Of a stretch of DNA of 64,000 nt, positions 24,601-35,954 are shown piece by piece (positions within the stretch are counted from its first letter, which is position 1; every line of letters begins with the position of its first letter). Source of the DNA: Octopus sinensis (Eukaryota); assembly GCF_006345805.1 (NCBI RefSeq), contig NC_043002.1, positions 43,462,001 to 43,526,000 of the forward strand, written 5' to 3'. Position numbers and translations under genes: made by a program. The notes below the pieces were generated by a model. The model worked only from the letters and a program-made list of their open reading frames with translations. It had not been told where the DNA came from and ran no database searches.

Positions 24601-24998
24601 GAAGATATAAATGTTTTAATAACATCCTGAGCGTTTGTCTCCTTTTTCAATTTTTCCTATGTGTGTGCAACGGCAACGGGAAACTCAGAGTAACAGGTTT
24701 TGTTGAATTTTCTGCTGCTTTAAATAAAGTATATATATATATATATATATAAAATTATAAATGAGGGTGAAAAATCGATATTAATTTAATAATACCGTCA
24801 ATTTAACACCAAGTGGCTTAGCACAAAAAACTACGGAGGAAATACAAATTTATACATAAATTATTAGAGAGTTATCCACTATGTGGATAACTCTAGTGCT
24901 AAAAATAGCTCCGAAGCAACCACAGAAGATACGTTTCCAACTAGAATCAACACACATTTAACTGAAGGAAAGTGAAATACAACGAATAAAATAGATTG

Positions 24999-25074
24999 AC
25001 TCTATACAATTGTTTCATTACTAATGCAATATGTAGTTTTACTTACACTTGCATCTATAAATCTTCGGTAGAGT
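24999..25074 (-). ncRNA. type I hammerhead candidate, unit 1 (CCGAAGA core)
   Basis: Minus strand: ACTCTA-CCGAAGA-[45-nt stem II with ATGCAA/TTGCAT]-GAAAC-AATT-GTA-TAGAGT; perfect 6-bp stem I; palindromic ACAATTGT stem III. Confidence 0.72.
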
Positions 25075-25491
25075 TTGTCAGAAATGCAATTAATTAGATC
25101 GATTCGGGCGTCAAAAACACGAGCGGTCCAACCAATTACATTTTTAGTTATGTCTCAAATTCCGCGCCAAAAGCATGCCTAGACTCCATTGGAAACGTAT
25201 GCCGCATCAAATAAAATATTGACTGCCGCGTAGTTAAATTTATAAAATTATAAATGAGGGTGAAAAATCGATATTAATTTAATAATACCGTCAATTTAAC
25301 ACCAAGTGGCTTAGCACAAAAAACTACGGAGGAAATACAAATTTATACATAAATTATTAGAGAGTTATCCACTATGTGGATAACTCTAGTGCTAAAAATA
25401 GCTCCGAAGCAACCACAGAAGATCCGTTTCCAACTAGAATCAACACACATTTAACTGAAGGAAAGTGAAATACAACGAATAAAATAGATTG

Positions 25492-25567
25492 ACTCTATAC
25501 AATTGTTTCATTACTAATGCAATATGTAGTTTTACTTACACTTGCATCTATAAATCTTCGGTAGAGT
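25492..25567 (-). ncRNA. type I hammerhead candidate, unit 2
   Basis: Identical to unit 1. Confidence 0.72.
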
Positions 25568-25984
25568 TTGTCAGAAATGCAATTAATTAGATCGATTCGG
25601 GCGTCAAAAACACGAGCGGTCCAACCAATTACATTTTTAGTTATGTCTCAAATTCCGCGCCAAAAGCATGCCTAGACTCCATTGGAAACGTATGCCGCAT
25701 CAAATAAAATATTGACTGCCGCGTAGTTAAATTTATAAAATTATAAATGAGGGTGAAAAATCGATATTAATTTAATAATACCGTCAATTTAACACCAAGT
25801 GGCTTAGCACAAAAAACTACGGAGGAAATACAAATTTATACATAAATTATTAGAGAGTTATCCACTATGTGGATAACTCTAGTGCTAAAAATAGCTCCGA
25901 AGCAACCACAGAAGATCCGTTTCCAACTAGAATCAACACACATTTAACTGAAGGAAAGTGAAATACAACGAATAAAATAGATTG

Positions 25985-26060
25985 ACTCTATACAATTGTT
26001 TCATTACTAATGCAATATGTAGTTTTACTTACACTTGCATCTATAAATCTTCGGTAGAGT
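25985..26060 (-). ncRNA. type I hammerhead candidate, unit 3
   Basis: Identical to unit 1. Confidence 0.72.
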
Positions 26061-27379
26061 TTGTCAGAAATGCAATTAATTAGATCGATTCGGGCGTCAA
26101 AAACACGAGCGGTCCAACCAATTACGAGCGGTCCAAAAATAAAGATAAATACGTAGGTTGGTATGGGGAGCGAGGGATGAGAGAAAGAGAGAGATATTTA
26201 ATCTATACATACATATATTTCATGCACAACATTGCATGAATCAGAATTTAAATAAATTTAAGTATTGCAAAGCATCACTTTTGGTAGACAAAGAATGCTA
26301 TTGATCAACAGAAAGAACGGGAGGAGTCACATGACGGGCCACTTCACGGTTTCTTGATCGCTTCAATAGTATACATGGCTTCTCTCTTTGATCACTAGCA
26401 TAGATTCGTTGATATGTAAAGCCCGATTTGCTTATTTATGTTTTTGACTACTCGTCATTAATTAAATATGTATTTATGCACAGCACATCATAAACAGGAA
26501 AATGTTGAAATAAATTTAAATATTATAAAACTTCTCTGTGGGCAAGATAAAAACGTAAATCTATGCTACGGTAAAAAGTGGAAGAGAATCTCCTGATTGA
26601 CTTCTTTATTGTTTGTTCCTTCAAATGTATTAATAAAGCAGCAGATCTGCACAATTGCTTAGGGGGGAAAAGCTGAGTACGTCTTTACTGAGGAGCGAAC
26701 AACGTCAACAAACCGTGAAATGGCCTATTTCTTTCCATATACATCAGGTGTGTAGTAAAAATGGGTTTATGTTTGTATCGTCCACAGCAACGCTTGGCAA
26801 AAACACACAGAGACACGTGTGTGTGTGTAAGCATGACTGCAGTCAAATGACTGAAACAAGTAAAAGAATATATATATATATCGTGTGTATATATATATAT
26901 ATATATATATTTATTTATTTATTTATTTATGTGTGTATATGTAAATCATAGAATAAATTTAGCAATCCTTACATGTAATTTTTATTTTCCTTTTTGCAAA
27001 TATTACCCTGATGAGATTCATACCAATAAATATGTTTTTTTTTAATGAATTTATTAAAAGAATGGGATAGATAGGCAGATAGATAGTTTTACAGGCAAGA
27101 AATTATAAAAATTCCTCCGCTTCAAGCTTTTCTTTAGCATCAGCTCATTTCTTTCTTTTTATGTGAGTGAATGTGTGTTTGTGTGCATAGGTAATATACT
27201 TTTAACACAGAATATACGTAACCACCTGCCTTCGATTTCACCTTGAAAGTTCTCCTTGCACTGCCTGTACAAGCTCCCTGAAACAAGCAAAGATATAACA
27301 ATCACTGTCTTTTGCACTATATAGTAGTTGTCTCTTCCTTATGCAGAGTCTGACCACCTTTTGTTCTTACATCTCAGAT

Positions 27380-27690
27380 CCATCATGGGGTCTGGTGTGG
27401 CTTTTTAAACCAAACAGATTTTAAACCCACATAGATGGCATATCTGATCTGGACAACCAAGAGCTGCAGTTAAGTTCTGATCTTTGTGGATTTTAAAATG
27501 TCTTTTGGGACCTCTATTAGATTTGCAGACCTTATGGCATACACGGTATTGAAAGATGTGCACAGAGATATAGGCAGAGTAGTTGGTGGAGGTTCGCTTT
27601 TCATGGGTACGCAAATGAAATTTGAACCTTGCAAGAGAAAAGTATGGTCTCCCCCAACTGTGTACACAAAAAGATTGCTGAGATACATCT
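27380..27690 (-). pseudogene. remnant of three C2H2-type zinc fingers, probably the C-terminal tail of a LINE ORF
   Basis: CVHSWGRPYFSLARFKFHLRTHEKR - FQYRVCHKVCKSNRGPKRHFKIH - ICHLCGFKICLV*; no TGEKP linkers. Confidence 0.55.
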
Positions 27691-27755
27691 TCTCATTGAT
27701 ATATATATATATATATATATATATGTATACACACACACACACACACACACTCACT

Positions 27756-27821
<66 letters not shown>

Positions 27822-28129
27822 CATAACTCGATGATATTCTTAATACATTCCGGTAGATTCGTATATTTTCTCATTGAGGAAAAGCTACTTCTTTCATTCA
27901 GGTGTGTGTCCATAACGTACTCGATTCAGTCTAATGAAAGTCATGTATTCATAATACACATACGTTTGAAAGGAGAAATTGTTCTCCAATTCCAAAAGTA
28001 ACAGCGATTAACATATTCAAGTTTGAATCTGCCGGAAAACATGAAAAATAGGTATGTAGGCCATCGTTTCATCGTCCTCATTCTCTCTACCCTGCAAATG
28101 ACGATTTATCTCTCTCTCTCCTTATTTAA

Positions 28130-28152
28130 TAATAGTAATAATGATAATAATG

Positions 28153-28210
<58 letters not shown>

Positions 28211-28236
28211 ATATATACATATGATATATCGTTAGC

Positions 28237-28301
<65 letters not shown>

Positions 28302-28330
28302 TATATACATACATATATGTATGTATATAT
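28130..28330. repeat. (AAT)n and (TA)n microsatellites
   Basis: Directly visible. Confidence 0.95.
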
Positions 28331-29605
28331 TCATATATGGGTACAGGACGTCGCAAAACGTAAACAACGTGGAATACGAAAACAAATTTGGGTAAGCAAA
28401 CGAGAGAAACAATGGAAAGCAAGACAAGTAACATAAAGAACGACCCTTCATCAGTTGTCAGCTGTCTATGTACTCATTTCGAGCATTGAGCGACAATATG
28501 AAATTTCGAAAGGCAGTCGCTCCCGCGAAGCAAAATAAAGTTTGGCATTTGCAGAGAGTCAAAGTTGGAAACAAAAACAGGACAGTGGAGACATACAACA
28601 AACCAAACGAAAATAAACAAAGAGGGCCGTTAGAACGCTGGATAAATATTGTTTTTGACAAGAGAAAAGATAGAAGAAAAGACAGATTAGAATACGTGTG
28701 GTCTGTACGACGGACTGACGGAAAAGAAAGATGAGCCACGTTTCTGCTCCATAGAGGAGAATAGAGAGGAGAATGCGTTGTATAAAAATTGAAGAAAGAT
28801 TAGAATAAAAATAAAATTTCTGCTGAAATGAATATCGACAATATCGAAAAGAAATGGATAGTTAAATACAGGACGTAAATCATTAATGCTCAAGCTTGGA
28901 AACAAATATCTATATGACTATATGAATGGCAAACTATTTCAATATGTGATCGGACACACACATGCGTCCACATACTCCCATACACATATAAACACACGCA
29001 TAAATATATGATAGAAATATTGAACAACATGCGAATTCTCCATTCCTTTTATGGTGTGTTTATTTTTTCATTTTGGCTGGCAGCTGGTATAAAACAATTC
29101 ATTTGCACTTGGATACAATAAACAATGTTTTCTCTACCATCTCTTGAATATCACAAGAATATAAGACTTCTCAATACGCAATTTTTTAATGAATTTTTTA
29201 CGTTGAATGCATGCAAAATTTATCTATAGAATTACAAGAATTCAAGCCAATGTTGTCAGACTAACTGGCAAGCAAGCACACCTAACTATGAATATATATT
29301 TTTCCAAAGATGTTTCTAACATGATATATAGCACATTAGTTATTTATAATTATAAAATTTATTTCCACCGCAAATTATGCCATTTTTTTTAAGGTAACAT
29401 AGTTGAATTTATTTTAGTATATTACTAAATGTTTCAGAGGTCACTAAGAGAAGAGCGAAGTAGATGCATGCATTATTTGAACTCAAAAAGTAGAAGTATG
29501 AGCTATCATATTGTTTCTACAATATCAATGGCGTGATATTTACAGCTTACACATATACAACGTGTGCATCGCATGGGTTTGCAATACACATACAACGTAC
29601 TGATG

Positions 29606-29995
29606 GAATTGGAAGCACTCCGTCGGTTACGACGACGAGGGCTCCGGTTGATCCGAATCAACGGAACAGCCTGCTCGTGAAATTAACGTGTAAGTGGCTG
29701 AGCACTCCACAGACACGTGTACCCTTAACGTAGTTCTCGGGGATATTCAGCGTGACACAGAGAGTGACAAGGCCGGCCCTTTGAAATACAGGTACAACAG
29801 AAACAGGAAGTAAGAGTGAGAGAAAGTTGTGGTGAAAGAGTACAGCAGGGATCACCACCATCCCCTGCCGAAGCCTCGTGGAGCTTTTAGGTGTTTTCGC
29901 TCAATAAACACTCACAACGCCCGGTCTGGGAATCGAAACCGCGATCCTATGACCACGAGTCCGCTGCCCTAACCACTGGGCCATTGCGCCTCCAC
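29606..29995 (-). mobile_element. full-length SINE family C (tRNA-like head) with 11-bp target-site duplication
   Basis: Head gtggaggcgcaatggcccagtggttagggcagcggactcg..ggtttcgattccc; TSD acgtactgatg at 29595-29605 and 29996-30006. Confidence 0.93.
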
Positions 29996-31268
29996 ACGTA
30001 CTGATGAAGCTCTCTCTATGTATATATATCTCAAAATAATATTTGAAATAAAACTTTTAAATAATTTAATTAAATAAAGAATTTGGCAGTTGGAGAACTA
30101 TTACATCTATTGGGAATAGACTATATAAAATATGGTATTGTATAGTTTGCTGAAACACATGCAGTGTATACAGATTAAGAGATTAAATAGGAATGAATGG
30201 GAGGATAATTCTTTCGGTTTGCTATGTTAATCACGGAAAAGGCTGGGTACAATTCAATTAAGGAAGAGGTATATTATTAAAGAAATGGCTTACGTATGTA
30301 TTGGTGAATAAAATTATGTGAATAAAAAATGTATTCTAACCGAAGAGCTATCATATGACGTTGGAAGGTGCCTGCAATAGACGTGGATCAAAAAAGATTA
30401 AAGAAAATGTTGTTAAAGCAATAAGAAGCCAATCACACAACAAAAATTATTTAAAACCAAGAATAGTTAAATAATCACAATCAATAAATACTATGTCCTA
30501 TATAATTTGCTGGCTGTCCTGTTTTAAGTACACTGCTCAATGACGTGTTAAAATCACAATATCCCACCCCAAAATACAACTGAGATTGATCCAACACCAG
30601 CATAGAAGATTCTACACAAGGAAATATTTAATTTACTATGCAACTCCACCTCAGTATTATTGTAGCTTTAATCGCTAATTCATTCAAAAACATATTTCCC
30701 ATCTCGTAATTTTAGCAATTAGAACGTAATGCTGATATCGCACTATCATGCTTTATTTGGGTTTTAAATTCAGCCAAAACATCTATTATTATAAAATGGA
30801 AAATCCTATCTTTTGCCCAACCCTAAACTAGCATTAAGGTACCCCATCAGCACATCACCTCAGAATCATATCAAATTTTATTTTCCAAACTCCATTTCCT
30901 TAATGGATACTCAGAATTAGTCCAAGCTTAAAAACATGAGATTTTAGATTAATAAAATATTTTAAACCTATTATATTTCTGAATAGGTAATGAGTTACAC
31001 ATCCACATTTTTTGTGTACTATATCAGCACGTCTCGACTAAAATTTTCTTCATGCTATATTCTTAATTCATTATATTTTCACTTAAGTAAGCACATTCAA
31101 ACAAAATTTATCAACGTCTCTTAATAACAGTATAATATTTCTAAGACTGTATGAAAATCTATATGATAGTTAATAATTAACCCCAAATTTTGATGTTGCA
31201 ACCACACATGTCAATCTATTTATTTAACTGTTTTAGCCAATATTCAGTTTTTTTTTTTCACCCCAGTT

Positions 31269-32541
31269 CATCATCATCATCATCCATCATTTTGAATCTG
31301 GGTTTTGTCCCCGTTTACGGGGGTGGCCGGATCTACTTCAATGCCATAACAACCACCCTCATACCATCTCGCCATCTTGCTCGGTTTTGGTCGTCCTTCC
31401 TTCTCAAGCCAACCCTCCTTATCTCCTCCTCCACCTGTACCCTCCACACCTTCCTCGGTCTACTTCGCTTTCACTGTCCATTCACCTCAAACTCTAGCAC
31501 CCTCTTCAGAACATGCTTCCTGTTCCTCCTCAACACATGCCCATACTGCCGCACTCCATTCGCCCTTGCCAGCCGTTCCACTGATTCCGCCAACTCCAGC
31601 ATCCCCATCAAGTCCTCAGTCTTCCTCTTATCAAACAGCCTCACGTCACACATTTCTCTCACCATTGCTTTCTCAGTCCTTCTCAAAATTGCCATCTCTC
31701 TCTCTCACAAACACTACGTCTCACTCCCATACAGCATTGCAGCTCTCACACAGCTCCTATAGAACTTTCCTTTCGTTTTCAATGAGAACCTTTTCCCATA
31801 TAATAACTCTTCACATTCCTTGAACTTCACCCAGTCAAGTCTCGCTCTTGTTGTCACAGCTGCTTCACATCCACCACTTATATCCATCCTGTCTCCCAAA
31901 TAATAAAACCCTCCACTGTCTCCACCTCATCACATAGTGTTTCCATTGACTTCGCCATTCCTCCAGCTCCTTTCTCACATCTTGCACGAGCAAACTCTCT
32001 TGCCTAGTACTGGTGTCACCCTCTTCATTTTCGTACATCTACTATGAATTCATTTCTCACACCTCGTACACAACACCACATTTGCCATTACCCTCCTCCT
32101 ACATACACCACATGGATCCACCTTACTCACTGACACTTCTCCTTTTACCCCTACTCACTATCACCTTTGTCTTCCCGAGGTTTACCTTCAAACCCTTCCT
32201 TTCAAACGCCTCCTTCCATTTCCAAAATTTCTCCCTCAACCCCTCCGTCGTTTCACTCATCAGAACAAGGTCATCTGCATACAGTATCTTCATTAGCAGT
32301 CCCTCTCTTGCACTCTCTGTCACCACATCAACCACTATTGCAAACAACAATGGTGACAACACAGATCCCTGATGCACACCAACTTTCAACGCAAACTCCT
32401 CCGGCAGCTCTGATCCAATTCTCACTCTTGTCTTTATCCCCTCATACAAACTAATCACTGCTCTCACTGTTACCTCTAGTACACATCTTTTCCTCAATGC
32501 CCACTCAATCAGCTTCCTTGGAACCCTATCAAATGCCTTCT
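31269..32541 (-). mobile_element. RTE-clade LINE 3' part (RT), decayed, (TGA)n tail
   Basis: KAFDRVP, VGVHQGSVLSPLLF, ILYADDLVL, GLKVNLGKTKV, MLYGSET, YGHVLRR. Confidence 0.93.
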
Positions 32542-33479
32542 TTTATTTCGTTATTCCTCCAGTTATATTTATTAAATCATTAAGTTAATGTTTTATCTCC
32601 ATTTGTCATATTTTTATTTCTATTTATTCTAATCCTCTCAGATTTTACATTATAACAATTTACATTTTAACTTCTCTTTCATGTACTCACTTTTACACAT
32701 CCATTTATATTTATCTCTTTCCACGCAGAAGGTAGCAGAAAGATTGTTTTTGTTTGTGACTCTGTTTTTATCAGATATTTAAAATTTAACATTTTCTAAT
32801 ACTTTAGAATCAGTTATATACTTGATAGATTTCAATGCATTTATTCCACATATTTTCTTTAATTTGATATAATATGCTTGATTTATACTTCTGCTTAAGT
32901 CCACTGTCAATAAATAGCAAATTGCTTTCTGTAACAAGTAACTTACACACATACAGGTTATTAATATGATAAAATATCGTAAAAGACAATATTAGTTTTA
33001 ACCATTATATATTTCTCTTTTCCACAATCTTTCCAAGAATAAGAATCTCGGTAATAAGAATCGCATTCTTACCTAATATATTGATTTCCTCGATGTCTTT
33101 CATACATCTGTGTGCATATATACATATATGTGTGTATATGTGTATATGTACGAATATAATATACAAATTTACAAATGTAAAAGATATCAGTCGCACAGAC
33201 ATTGTGTGTGTGTGTTTTGTTTACACTTTCATTTGCTGCGCGATGGCGTCCAGGAAAATCCCCTACCCGACGCCTAGTTTTAAAGAACACAGAATGTCCT
33301 AGACCAGGTAAGACACCTCACTCTGAAATTATCGAGAATGGTGCTTATCGATATTTTGCCTTTATTGAGACTCGTGCTCGGATCACCTCGAAATGAAATG
33401 CAAAGTTGTTCTGGGACTTATATACAAACAAAATGAAGTATACGCGGATGCTCTGCAGCGTAGTATCGAAGACGCGTTA

Positions 33480-33722
33480 TGTCTCTGAGCAAGACACTAT
33501 TTCACGTTGCTCCAATCCATCTAGCTGGCAATAATGAGTTGTACCTGTAATTCAAAAGACCAGCCTTGTCACAATCTGAGTCACATTGAATCTTCCTGAA
33601 AGCTACGTCAAGAATACGCCTGTCTATGGAGTGCTCAGCGACTTGCAAGTTAATTTTATGAGCATGCTGTTCCGTTGATCGGATCAACTGGAACCCTCGT
33701 CGTCGCAACCGATGGACTGCCA
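33480..33722 (+). mobile_element. SINE, family D core joined to family C 3' half
   Basis: gagcaagacactatttcacgttgctcca followed by ggagtgctcagc..ggatcaactggaaccctcgtcgtcg. Confidence 0.75.
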
Positions 33723-33742
33723 GTTTTTTTTACACACACGCA

Positions 33743-33787
<45 letters not shown>

Positions 33788-33833
33788 CACACACACACAC
33801 ACACTCGCGCGCGCGCGCACACACACACACACA

Positions 33834-34064
33834 GGCGGCGAGCTGGCAGAAACGTTAGCGCGCCGGGCGAAATGCTTAGTGGTATTTCGTCTGTCGTTAT
33901 GTTGTGAGTTCAAATTCCGCCGAGGTCGACTTTGCCTTTCATCCTTTCGAGGTCGATAAATAAAGTACCAGTTACGCACTGGGGTCGATGTAACCGACTT
34001 AATCCCTTTGTCTGTCCTTGTTTGTCCCCTCTATGTTTAGCCCCCTGTGGGCAATAAAGAAATA
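33834..34064 (+). mobile_element. SINE family A, full-length, inside a (CA)n tract
   Basis: Reverse complement of the 7045 and 8601 copies. Confidence 0.9.
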
Positions 34065-35199
34065 CACACACACACACACACACACACACTACAGGAATAT
34101 ATTCCACTCCGAAGGTAACTGTTCGCTATAACAACTAAAATGGATAATTTTTAATGGTGAGCAGAGGGTATAAATCTAATCTTAAATTTTATTCACATTT
34201 ATAGTTTCTTTTACAACATTCTTGTGAAACTTTTTTCTTGAATTAGCTGCCATCATAAGTCGAGCCATTCTCACTTCATTCACATTTAGAGCACAGACAC
34301 TCAAACACACGCATGCACTCACGCGCACACACACACAATCACAGAAAGCATGTATATAAAGAATTTTGTCGGATTTGTATTATAACAAGTTAATGAAAAT
34401 GATCATTAATATCCACAAGGATTTTAGTAAATACAAATATGCGAAAAACAGCTTACATAAAACAAGTTAATTTATTATATTAGCTTTTCTAATGATCATT
34501 GAAAATATATCTTTCTGTAACGAATTATTACGTGTGGTTAAAGTATTTTTCCATATAAGTCTTGCAGAAGAAAACAAAACTGTGTATGTTAAATTTAATT
34601 CCAATGTCATAACTGCTCTCCCGTATTCTTAAAAAGCCTTAAAAGGACCCCTGTATTTCAGCTAACAGTCATACAGAACATATGGTTTGCTCATAAAAAG
34701 ACATGCACTTTTCACGCTTATTTTGGTATTACTGTCAAATAGCAGCATGGGCCATGTCGACAGATAAGAGTACATGTTATATCTTCAAGATACAGTGATA
34801 GCGACATTAAAATAGTAACAATTATTACGATAATCTAAATGCATTTTTCTAATGTACTATAGTCTAATGTGTTATAGTACAACTATATGAGTTTTCTTTC
34901 GTTTACAGGAATGCAATTTCGTTATCATTTCGCCAATAGTTTACTGTTTATTTTGAGTTGAGGTAGAGAATAGTTTCAGCTAGAATTGACTTGAGATTTG
35001 AAATTTCAGGAAAGATCTCACCCATGAAGATTACACTCCATTCGAAATATTGTTTCATATGAAAAACAACACCACGCTGGAATTTACCACCCAGGAATTT
35101 ATTTATTTGACATATCATCCTTATAATCACCAACATTAACATCACCGTCGTCCTTGTTATCATCCACGCTAGCATTATAAACGGTAAAGCACCGAATCA

Positions 35200-35320
<121 letters not shown>

Positions 35321-35954
35321 CTTCTACATTGGGTACAAGGCCTGGGGAGAGGTGGAGTCGGTTACACTGGCACCCACTACTTGACAGATACTTATTTGAC
35401 TTCTTTTTATCTAAAAGAATCAAAAAATGTTCCTAAGCCATAGGGTCATAAGGCCAATTTTCCGGATTCTGTGACGTATAAAGTCCCCCTCTTCACTGAC
35501 CGAGATACTGGTCCATTGCAGGATTATTCCTTTTTGTCAGCTGAGTGGTCTGGGGCAACGGGAAATGAAGTGTCTTGCTCAGGTTAATAGGATGAACTTT
35601 TAGCTGTCTGGTAGTTCTAAATAAAGAATTAGAACTTAAGGCTTTTCAGGAATCGTTCACAATGCGTGAAAAATATTTCAGTTTCTGTACATGTTTATGA
35701 TGGCTTGGTTTTTAAATGAGGACACGCAGACTTCATTAGCTTTTTAAAATATATTGTCAGACAAAAGTATAAGAAATATTTTATTTCCTTCTGAACAGGG
35801 ATATGGTAAAAAATACCATTCCACCCTGCGAAATAGAACATTTGACAGAAAAGAACACATAGCGGAAAAATTGGGTAATGAGCGCAAATACAAAATAAAA
35901 ACAGTAATAACGTGAATCATGTTAAAAGGCCTAACACGCAGGAGCTATCTTATA

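Larger units (their letters stand above)
24300..24660. repeat. long inverted repeat (arms ~24300-24461 and ~24494-24660), PLE-pLTR-like, with a hammerhead in each arm
   Basis: The arms are reverse complements (roughly 85-90% by eye), e.g. cgcccgacaggaagaattatggtca / tgaccataattcttcctgtcgggcg. Confidence 0.92.
24748..26136 (-). repeat. 493-bp tandem array, 2.8 near-identical units, one hammerhead per unit (retrozyme-like / PLE pLTR array)
   Basis: Unit starts at 24748, 25241 and 25734 (period 493); only one mismatch seen by eye (24931 A vs 25424 C); ends at 26125 followed by an 11-bp gagcggtccaa duplication. Confidence 0.95.

Noticed and set aside
24872-24890. TTATCCAC(A/T) DnaA-box-like inverted pair in each 493-bp unit
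   Set aside because: The context is eukaryotic (spliced gene, SINEs) with no bacterial genes; the match is a by-product of the 12-bp palindrome.
24748-26136. CRISPR-like array
   Set aside because: The units are 493 bp, contiguous and identical with no unique spacers; no cas genes.
27005-27040. ccCTGATGAg motif
   Set aside because: No downstream GAAA and no stem I partner.
28420-28510. Hammerhead-like words on the minus strand (GAAAUGAGUA ... CUGAUGAAGGG)
   Set aside because: The boxes are in permuted order and neither stem I nor stem II can be paired; probably a decayed pLTR-type repeat (similar words near 40230) but not a supportable ribozyme.
29920-29995. tRNA gene (also the heads at 36369, 57017 and 59200)
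   Set aside because: tRNA-like A/B boxes continue into SINE bodies, and the 29606 copy has TSDs; these are SINE heads, not tRNA genes.
30360-31000. Possible APE-endonuclease remnant on the minus strand (MG.LNASLGLG-like)
   Set aside because: A single weak motif amid many stops; too degraded to call.
34892-34965. Strong-looking acceptor ttttctttcgtttacag as a possible extra exon
   Set aside because: In-frame TGA in the required phase, no SLC7 similarity, and the flanking exons already join without a gap.
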